Shown here: positions 56,830 to 64,000 of the stretch, piece after piece | How positions within the stretch are numbered: the first letter of the stretch is position 1 | Layout of the letters: the number at the start of each line of letters is the position of its first letter | From: Longimicrobiales bacterium | GTDB lineage: Bacteria; Gemmatimonadota; Gemmatimonadetes; Longimicrobiales; Gaopeijiaceae | Direction: 5' to 3' | Assembly: GCA_965238005.1 (NCBI GenBank) | Contig: OZ250165.1 | Span: forward strand, 2,016,001-2,080,000 | DNA: 64,000 nt | The notes under the pieces: model-generated | Database searches by the model: none | What the model was told of the DNA's origin: nothing | The model's input: the letters and a program-made list of their open reading frames with translations, nothing else | Program-made: the position numbers and the translations under genes

Positions 56830-58406
56830 GCCGCCGTACCGCGCCCCTGTTCCCCCTTCTCGCTCTCTGCCTGGTCTCGGGCGGGGTCCCGGCGAGATCG
56901 TCGGCCCAGCGTCCTCCAGTGATCGTGGCGTCTAAGCCCTTCGGGGAGTCGTTCCTCCTGGCAGAGATGTTCGCCCAGCTCCTTGAGAGCCGGGGCATCG
57001 CCGTGGAGCGTCGCCTGGGCCTCGGCGCCACCCAGATCGCCTTCCAGGCGCTCCGTAGCGGCGCCATCGACGTCTACCCGGAGTACACGGGCACGGGGCT
57101 CGTAGCCGTCTTGAACCAGACGCCCGAGGGCACGCCCGAGCAGGTCTTCCGATCGGTCTCGAGGGCTTTCCGAGAACGCTGGGGGATTCGCTGGTTGCCT
57201 CCCCTGGGCTTCGAGAACAAGTACGCGATCGCCGTGCGACCCAGCTCCGCAGAGAGTGATAGCCTACGAACGCTTTCGGATCTGGCGGAGGTGGCCTCCC
57301 GGTACGTGGGAGGGTTCTCGCCGGACTTCATCGGACGAGCGGATGGACTGCCGGGCCTGGAGGATGCGTACGGCCTCCGCATGCGCGACGTCCGCTCGCT
57401 CCTTCAGGCGGTGAAGTACGAGGCGCTTGCCCGGGGAGAGGTCGACGTCATCGACGGGTACTCCACCGACGGCCTCATCGACCGGTTCGACCTGGTGGTG
57501 CTCACCGACGATCTGGAGTTCTTCCCTCCCTACCAGGCAGCCCCCGTGGTGGGCCGGAATCTCTGGCAGGGCCGGCCCGACGCCATACGCGCCCTCACGG
57601 AGCTCGCCGGGACGCTGGACGAGGAGCTCATGCGCGGGCTGAACCGTCGTGTAGAAGTCGACGGCGAAGAGCTGGGTGCGGTCGCTCGGGACGCTCTGAC
57701 CGAGATCGGGCTCGTGGGCGGTCCGGCCGTGCGGCTCATCGCAGACGCGAGGGAGGATCAGATCTCTCTTGGCGTCTACCTCTGGGAGAACCGGAGCCGG
57801 ACGTTGGCGCTCACGGCCCGGCATCTCCTTCTCGTGATCGTGTCCCTCCTGGCGGCATGCCTGGTGGCGATTCCCCTGGGTTTGATCCTGGACAAGACCC
57901 AGCGCCGGGCAGAGGTGGTGATCCGCGGTGTCGGGCTTTTCCAGACGATCCCGAGCATCGCTCTCCTGGCGTTCATGATTCCGATGCTGGGTATCGGGGT
58001 GGTTCCGGCACTCGTGGCTCTCTTCCTCTACTCCCTGTTCCCCATCCTTCGGAACACGTACACGGGGATCAGGGATGCGGACCCTGCCGCTGTCGACTCG
58101 GCCCGCTCCCTGGGGATGACGAACAATCAGATCCTGCGCTACATCCGCTTTCCGCTGGCCGTGCCGGTGATCATGGCCGGGGTCCGCACGGCCGCGGTCA
58201 TCACCGTGGGCACGGCGACGCTGGCCGCCTTCATCGGTGCCGGGGGCCTGGGCGACCCCATCGTGGCCGGGCTCGCCCTGAGTGACACGCAGATGATCCT
58301 CTCGGGGGCCTTACCCGCAGCCGTCCTGGCGTTTCTCGTGGACGCGGGGTTGGGCGTGCTGGAGCGAGTGGTCACGCCGGCCGGCCTCACCGTCAAGAGC
58401 ACCTAG
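56826..58406 (+). CDS. Fused substrate-binding protein + permease of a betaine/ergothioneine-type ABC importer
   Basis: YPEYTGT, GFENKYA, RADG, YSTDG, FFPPY; QTIPSIALL, PILRNTYTG, IGAGGLG. Confidence 0.9.
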   Translation: MSRRTAPLFPLLALCLVSGGVPARSSAQRPPVIVASKPFGESFLLAEMFAQLLESRGIAVERRLGLGATQIAFQALRSGAIDVYPEYTGTGLVAVLNQTPEGTPEQVFRSVSRAFRERWGIRWLPPLGFENKYAIAVRPSSAESDSLRTLSDLAEVASRYVGGFSPDFIGRADGLPGLEDAYGLRMRDVRSLLQAVKYEALARGEVDVIDGYSTDGLIDRFDLVVLTDDLEFFPPYQAAPVVGRNLWQGRPDAIRALTELAGTLDEELMRGLNRRVEVDGEELGAVARDALTEIGLVGGPAVRLIADAREDQISLGVYLWENRSRTLALTARHLLLVIVSLLAACLVAIPLGLILDKTQRRAEVVIRGVGLFQTIPSIALLAFMIPMLGIGVVPALVALFLYSLFPILRNTYTGIRDADPAAVDSARSLGMTNNQILRYIRFPLAVPVIMAGVRTAAVITVGTATLAAFIGAGGLGDPIVAGLALSDTQMILSGALPAAVLAFLVDAGLGVLERVVTPAGLTVKST

Positions 58407-58494
58407 TGTTCCGTTTCCGAAGTTCGCGAACCACCAAGAGGGTCGGATGCACCGTGCCCTCGACTGGCCGAGACACTGTAGTAACGAGACACTA
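58403..58494. mobile_element. MITE family A, intermediate-length copy
   Basis: Matches the reverse complement of both ends of 4745-4930, with an internal deletion. Confidence 0.85.
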
Positions 58495-58537
58495 ACAGCC
58501 TGTAAGCGATGAACGATTACAGGCCCCCAGCCTGTCG

Positions 58538-60742
58538 ATGACCCACTCCACGGCTCCGAACGGGGCGAGCCCCGGGGTGCGACCGGAGAAGGGCTGGGTG
58601 AGGCGAGGCCAGCAGGTTCTGGGGCTCGGCATACTCCTCTTCGCCTTCGCCCCCATCTACCGGATCATGGACACCTCCGCCGAGGCGCCCCACCGGCAGG
58701 TGAGCGTCGAGGTGGCCGAGTTGAACCTCCAGCTGGCGTGGTGGGGCACCATCGTGACGATCCTGCTCGTCTGTATTCTGGCTCTGCTGTTCCCGCCCAG
58801 CCTGCCACGTGTGCTGGGCGGGCGCCTCCTCGAGTGGATCGAACGGCCATCCAGCGGAGCGTTCGCTCTTGCGCTGGGAGCGTTGTCGGGCGCGATCGCG
58901 GTGTTCACCGGACGCGTCCTCTACCAGGGCCTCTTCACGAACGTCGACGAGATCGCATCGACGCTTCAGGCGCGGTACCTCGCCCAGGGGATGCTGGCGG
59001 GCCCGATCTCCGAGGCGCCTGATGCCTGGCTGATCCCCAATACCCTGATGGTGGCTGAGGGCTGGGTGTCGCACTTCCCGCCGACGCACCTCTTCGCCAT
59101 GGCGGCCCTGACGCGGCTGGGCGCCCCCATGCTCCTAGGGCCCCTTTTCACCGCAGTGCTCACCGGCCTCGTGGCACTGTCCCTTCCGCGCCTCCTCCCC
59201 GATCAACGCGGGCTCGCCCGTGTGGCGGCCCTGGCCGTGGCCCTGAGCCCTTTCCTGCTCTTCCTGGGGGGCGGCTCCATGAGCCACGTGTCGGCCGGGG
59301 CCTTCGGTGCGGCGGCGCTCTATGCCGCGCTTCGGGCACGGGACGGCAGCTCGTGGTGGGCGCTGGGAGCGGGGGCTGCGGTGGGGCTCATGGTCTCGGA
59401 CCGGCCCATGGTCGGCCTTGTGCTGGGAAGCGTGTTCACCCTCGGGATCTGGGTGCCGTCCGCCATCCGCTCTGCCGCCCCGTCGGCGGCCTGGATGACA
59501 CCGCGCGTGGGACTGACCCTGCTCGGCGGCGCCCCCTTCGCCGCGATGCTCGGCTGGTACAACGCCCGTCTCTTCGGGAGTCCCCTTACGCTCGGGTACC
59601 TGGCAGGGTTCGGGGACCATCACCGCCTGGGCTTCCACATGGACCCGTGGGGCTACCCGTACACCCTGGAGGAGGCCCTGGGCTTCACGTCGTCGGACGT
59701 ACTGAGCATGGGCATTCAACTTCTGGAGACTCCCTTCCCCGTCACCGCGTTCATCGTCGTCTACCTCCTGACCGCCACGAGCCTTCCCAGGGGGATGGGG
59801 GTCCTCCTGGCATGGGCTCTACTGCCGGTCCTGGCCAACGGGTACTACTGGTTTCATGACGTGCGCATGCTGTTCGAGGCTGCTCCGGCCTGGATCGCCA
59901 TGGGCGTGTTGGCGGCCCTCGCTCTGGCGGGCGGCCCGGGGCAAGATGTGGGGCAGGATGCGGACATTCCGAGCACGGCGTACCGCCCCGAGAGGGACGA
60001 TCACGCCGAGCCGGCGCAGGAGCAGGCTCCCGACAGCCGCATCACGGCGAACCGGTGGGCCCGGGACCTGGCCACGTGGGCCATTGTCCTGGGTGTCCTC
60101 GGGTCCGTGGTCTGGGGCGTTCCAACCCGATGGGAAAGCTACGGATGGAGCCAGGAGACCCTGGAGCGCATCACGGCGCCCGAGCCCCCCACCGAGTCGG
60201 CTGCCATCGTCTTCGTTCACACGTCGTGGAACGAGCGCCTGAGCGCCACCCTCCAGGGCGCCGGAGGTGTGCGTCAGGACACCGTCATCACGGCGCTGAG
60301 GAGAAACACGAACTGTCAGCTGCACCTCTACGCCCTGGGCCGCGAGGCGATCGCTCGAGGATCTCGAGATGTGACGTTGCCCGGAGTGGATTTGGACCAG
60401 ATCCCCGGCACCCCCCCGGACATCCAACGACCCCCCGCTCCCACCGGCGCTACCCTGCGGATCCGCCCGAACGAGGTCTTCCCGGACTCCTGCATCCAAC
60501 AACTCCGCGCCGATCGCTTCGGGGCCGTGGCCCTCGCCCCTCTGGTCTGGCAAGGAGACCTCCCGGGAATCGAAGGAGGTCTGCCCCTGTTCGTGCGGGA
60601 TCTCGGTCCCGAGAAGAACCGGCGGATCCTCGCCTTGTATCCGGATCGGGCCGCCTTCGTCTTCGTGCCCAAGGCCCCAGACCAGGCCCCCGAGCTCGTC
60701 TCCTATGCCGAGGCGATGGCGATCCTTTGGGGGCCCGCGTGA
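58538..60742 (+). CDS. Polytopic membrane protein, probable GT-C (ArnT/PMT-like) glycosyltransferase
   Basis: More than 10 TM segments, NVDE...QAR first-loop motif, SHFPP, MSH, DRP. Confidence 0.65.
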   Translation: MTHSTAPNGASPGVRPEKGWVRRGQQVLGLGILLFAFAPIYRIMDTSAEAPHRQVSVEVAELNLQLAWWGTIVTILLVCILALLFPPSLPRVLGGRLLEWIERPSSGAFALALGALSGAIAVFTGRVLYQGLFTNVDEIASTLQARYLAQGMLAGPISEAPDAWLIPNTLMVAEGWVSHFPPTHLFAMAALTRLGAPMLLGPLFTAVLTGLVALSLPRLLPDQRGLARVAALAVALSPFLLFLGGGSMSHVSAGAFGAAALYAALRARDGSSWWALGAGAAVGLMVSDRPMVGLVLGSVFTLGIWVPSAIRSAAPSAAWMTPRVGLTLLGGAPFAAMLGWYNARLFGSPLTLGYLAGFGDHHRLGFHMDPWGYPYTLEEALGFTSSDVLSMGIQLLETPFPVTAFIVVYLLTATSLPRGMGVLLAWALLPVLANGYYWFHDVRMLFEAAPAWIAMGVLAALALAGGPGQDVGQDADIPSTAYRPERDDHAEPAQEQAPDSRITANRWARDLATWAIVLGVLGSVVWGVPTRWESYGWSQETLERITAPEPPTESAAIVFVHTSWNERLSATLQGAGGVRQDTVITALRRNTNCQLHLYALGREAIARGSRDVTLPGVDLDQIPGTPPDIQRPPAPTGATLRIRPNEVFPDSCIQQLRADRFGAVALAPLVWQGDLPGIEGGLPLFVRDLGPEKNRRILALYPDRAAFVFVPKAPDQAPELVSYAEAMAILWGPA

Positions 60743-61563
60743 CCGACCTTTCCTCCCATCTCACGCTTGACGAGCACGGCATCTGGCGCGCACGCGACAC
60801 AGAGGAGCTCTCCTATCCCAACACCGGGCACGCGACGTGCTTTCAGTTCGAGGATGACTCCTTTTGGTTTCGACATCGCAACGCCTGTCTGGTGGCGTTG
60901 GTCAAACGATTTCAGCCCGAGGGGGCGATCGTCGATGTGGGGGGAGGCAATGGAGTCGTCGCAAAGGCACTGATCAACGCTGGCTTCGATTGTATTCTGC
61001 TCGAGCCGGGACCCGCCGGGGCGCTGAATGCCAAGACCCATCGTGGGATCCCCGAGGTCATTTGTTCGACGGTCCGAGGTGCCCGTTTTGAACCCGAGTC
61101 CGTGGCTGCGGTGGGCCTCTTCGACGTGCTCGAGCACCTGGAAGACGATGCTGGGATGGTGGCCGACTTGGCGCGTGTGCTGAAAGCTGACGGGCTCTTC
61201 TTCGGTACCGTACCAGCATACCAATGGCTGTGGTCCCAGGCGGATGAGTTTGCTCAACACCATCGGCGGTACACTCGAGAGTCTCTACATAGCCTGCTTG
61301 GTAGGGATTACCACGTCCTGTATTCAAGCTACTTCTTTCGAGCTCTGACCCTTCCGATCTATTTGCTGCGCGCTCTACCGTTCAGGCTGGGCCTCACCAA
61401 GAAGGCAGGTCTCATGACTGTGGAGACTGAACACGGCACCGATCAAGGGGTGGCTGCAGGTATCATCTCACGCGTGCTCGCCGGCGAGCTCGGGCGCTTG
61501 GAGCGTGGCCTCAGCCTGAGCTGGGGAGCGAGCCTGCTGTTCGCTGCGCGCAAGAAGTCGTGA
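60739..61563 (+). CDS. Class I SAM-dependent methyltransferase (glycan-locus type); start GTG 60739
   Basis: EDDSFWFRHRN, DVGGGNG, FDVLEH, TVPA..WLWS..D...HHRRY. Confidence 0.88.
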   Translation: MTDLSSHLTLDEHGIWRARDTEELSYPNTGHATCFQFEDDSFWFRHRNACLVALVKRFQPEGAIVDVGGGNGVVAKALINAGFDCILLEPGPAGALNAKTHRGIPEVICSTVRGARFEPESVAAVGLFDVLEHLEDDAGMVADLARVLKADGLFFGTVPAYQWLWSQADEFAQHHRRYTRESLHSLLGRDYHVLYSSYFFRALTLPIYLLRALPFRLGLTKKAGLMTVETEHGTDQGVAAGIISRVLAGELGRLERGLSLSWGASLLFAARKKS

Positions 61564-61602
61564 CGCTGCATCTACCGAGTGATCCCGCGGTTCCATACGT
61601 CG

Positions 61603-62508
61603 CTATTCCCAAACGGCGAGGCCCATCCCTGTAGCGCCATAACCGTTGCCGTTATAGAACATGAAGCGCGCGCCTTCGTGCTCGACGACATGGGGATACG
61701 CCACGGCCTCCGAGTCCCATTCGCCCGCGGACGGCTCGATGCCTGCACCGCCGTCGTCCTGCGTCCAGTGCATGCCGTCCTCCGAGAGCCCGTATCCGAT
61801 TCGGTACTGTTCTCCCCGATACGCGTACCACAGGTGATACCCGGCGTCGTCCTTGAGTACGCACGGCTTTGCGACCGCAAAGACCCCCGGGAGGACCGGC
61901 TTGAGGCAAGTAACATCGTCGCGTGTCCAGCGGATCCCGTCCGTCGATGTCGCGTACTTCAATACATGCTCGAATTCCATGGCATGAGGATTAGCGCCCC
62001 AACAAACGTGCGAGCCGTACCACATTTTCCAATCGCCGCCGTCGTTCATCACCCACGGATAGGAAAGCGAAAAGGGATCGGCATCGTTGTGCCCCAGAGT
62101 CGGCGCGCGCGAAACCTTCGTAAACGTGAGGCCGCCGTCGTCACTGATCGCCGCGCCTAGTTCGCAACGCCACGGCACCGTTACGCATAGGTTCCAGCCC
62201 AGATAATACAGGTACAGCCCTTTCTCGCCTTCTGCGATACACCCGAGCGACGTGCCGCTGTCGTCGAAGAGACCCACCTCGCCCGGGCCGATGACCGCCT
62301 TGGACGAGATTTTGAGAATATCTTGCGGCGCGTTCACGTCGATTACGACGTATCCAACACTCGACCGATTCGCCTCGCCTCGACAGCTGAAATACACCCG
62401 GAACAAACTGTCCCCGATGGGAAGCGCGAAAGGATTGGAGGCATGAGAAACCATCCAATCGTACTCGTGGTCCGGCGAGAAAATACGGCCGAGCTTTCTC
62501 CACTTCAT
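61603..62508 (-). CDS. Five-bladed beta-propeller glycoside hydrolase-like protein
   Basis: Repeated S.DG..W boxes, YPWV, MWY, MFYNGNGYG.TG.GLA. Confidence 0.7.
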   Translation of the reverse strand: MKWRKLGRIFSPDHEYDWMVSHASNPFALPIGDSLFRVYFSCRGEANRSSVGYVVIDVNAPQDILKISSKAVIGPGEVGLFDDSGTSLGCIAEGEKGLYLYYLGWNLCVTVPWRCELGAAISDDGGLTFTKVSRAPTLGHNDADPFSLSYPWVMNDGGDWKMWYGSHVCWGANPHAMEFEHVLKYATSTDGIRWTRDDVTCLKPVLPGVFAVAKPCVLKDDAGYHLWYAYRGEQYRIGYGLSEDGMHWTQDDGGAGIEPSAGEWDSEAVAYPHVVEHEGARFMFYNGNGYGATGMGLAVWE

Positions 62509-62517
62509 TCGACAGTC

Positions 62518-63342
62518 CTACCCTTGTCCCGCCCGATACAGCCGCTCGTGGGGAGGCCGGTAGTACTCGTCGAGACTAGTGACGACTCGAGTGTACCAGC
62601 CGAGTAGCTGCTGGGTTCGCGGAAGCAACGCTTCGATGGAATCGTCACCCAGCATTCGCACATAATCGATTTGTTGCTTGAAGAACGAGCGCGTGAACTG
62701 GTGATTGATGCTCAACCGATCCTTGCCGGATCTGTTTTGACCGGAGGCATGGTATAACGTCGAGTCGAACACGATCATCGACCCGGCGGGGCATTCGGCG
62801 GGGATCGCATTTGAGTTCAAATACTCGTCCGACGGTACCGTTTCGCGTTGATGTGTATTCGGAACAACGAGCGTCCCGCCGTTCTCTTCGTGAAAGTCCA
62901 CTAGCGGAATGAAGACGTTTATCGAGGCCATGTACCCATTCAGAACTCTACGGAAATCCATGTGGAAATTGTTCTGAAAGACCTGAGGGGTCTCGCCGGG
63001 CCGAAATGATGGCAAGATGAACCCGTTCTGCAGGTGCATGATCGAAGTGTTCGAAACAGTGCCGTCGACGATCGCAAGAACGTCCGGTATTTCCAAGAAT
63101 CTCAGGAACCACTCGTCATAGCGTATCATCCCTCGAAGCACACCCAACTCACCCGCGGCTTCGAGGCGATCTTGGCCGATGTCGGCCACGATCGCCTCTT
63201 GGACTGCGTACATTCGATCGCACGTTTCTTGGACGATCGCGTCGTCGACAACGTTCGTGACAATTGAAAAGCCTTGGACTCGAACTGCCTCCAGTGCGAG
63301 CGAGAGCCAATCAGGGTTCTTCTTCGAATCGAGTAAGTTCAA
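62518..63342 (-). CDS. Fe(II)/2-oxoglutarate dioxygenase, PhyH family
   Basis: FHMD, NGGT.VVP.TH, AGSMIVFDS.LYH...N, R. Confidence 0.85.
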   Translation of the reverse strand: MNLLDSKKNPDWLSLALEAVRVQGFSIVTNVVDDAIVQETCDRMYAVQEAIVADIGQDRLEAAGELGVLRGMIRYDEWFLRFLEIPDVLAIVDGTVSNTSIMHLQNGFILPSFRPGETPQVFQNNFHMDFRRVLNGYMASINVFIPLVDFHEENGGTLVVPNTHQRETVPSDEYLNSNAIPAECPAGSMIVFDSTLYHASGQNRSGKDRLSINHQFTRSFFKQQIDYVRMLGDDSIEALLPRTQQLLGWYTRVVTSLDEYYRPPHERLYRAGQG

Positions 63343-63432
63343 AACTGCCTTCTCCTCATGAGAATATTCGGTGCGCCCGGATGCCTGAGTCGCGTGGCCG
63401 CCCGTTTGAGTCGATGGATTCTACGTCGAGCG

Positions 63433-64000
63433 TCACATGTTCAGCTCGGAGCTCTTGCGCCCCGCTTTCTCCGTCTTGGGAGCGATGTAGACGTCTTCCT
63501 CTTGGGTGTCCTTCATGATGATCGCACCCGCCCCGATGACGGTGGAGGGAGCGATGGTGATGTGATCCCTGATGGTGGCGTTCACGCCCAGGAAGCAACT
63601 GTCGCCGATCACGGTACCACCCGAGATTACCACGTGCGACGTGATGAAGCAGTGGTCCCCGATGACGGCGTGATGGCCGATGTGGTTACCGCTCCACACC
63701 ACCACGTTGTTGCCAATCTTCACGAACGGCTGGATCACGTTGTTCTCGAAGACGAAGGTGTTCTCCCCCACGTCCAGGTCGCTCCAGGTGGTGGCCTTGG
63801 AGCAGACATACGAGATCAGCTCGTAGCCGCGCTCCTTGCACAACCGACAGACATCGGCACGGGCGCGGTTGACCCCGCTGAAGCCAATGGCCACCAACAT
63901 GGCGAACTCATCGGGCGGGTAGAGGTCTTCCAGGGTCTCGAAGGCCACCACCGGGCGCCCGCCCAGCTCGGCAGCCTCTATGTAGTCCTCGTTCACCGTA
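63433..64000 (-). CDS. Hexapeptide-repeat sugar acetyltransferase (NeuD/PglD-like), 5' end outside the window
   Basis: VAIG...N..R, IQPFVKIGNNV..WSGNHIGHH, left-handed beta-helix repeats. Confidence 0.88.
   Translation of the reverse strand, partial: TVNEDYIEAAELGGRPVVAFETLEDLYPPDEFAMLVAIGFSGVNRARADVCRLCKERGYELISYVCSKATTWSDLDVGENTFVFENNVIQPFVKIGNNVVVWSGNHIGHHAVIGDHCFITSHVVISGGTVIGDSCFLGVNATIRDHITIAPSTVIGAGAIIMKDTQEEDVYIAPKTEKAGRKSSELNM

Overview
High-GC bacterial chromosomal segment. Gene content and protein style suggest Gemmatimonadota, which is an inference and was not verified. Most of the window is housekeeping: a propionyl-CoA carboxylase/methylmalonyl-CoA mutase run with an embedded rlmD; rnz-tyrA-aroA-cmk-rpsA; nadA-nadC; fbaB-rpiA-rpe; an Hpt/REC/MASE3 hybrid-kinase phosphorelay; aroF; argR-argG-argH; two TonB-dependent receptors; an ergothioneine cluster (egtB-egtD, egtC) with a divergent betaine-type ABC importer; and the edge of a surface-glycan locus. 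An accessory, partly decayed zone (about 25.2-34 kb) surrounds tRNA-Leu(TAA). It holds an IS630 fragment, amber-interrupted genes and a complete IS1595-family element with TIRs, an 8-bp TSD and passenger ORFs. The most notable signals are outside the ORF track: (1) a complete Tyr/Phe leader-peptide attenuator upstream of aroF; (2) a structured, U-tract-terminated leader with ARG boxes and an Arg-codon run upstream of argG; (3) ribosomal protein S1 with a roughly 425-aa acidic tail built from about 9 identical 114-bp repeats; (4) two MITE families, one of which always sits exactly on TAG stop codons.
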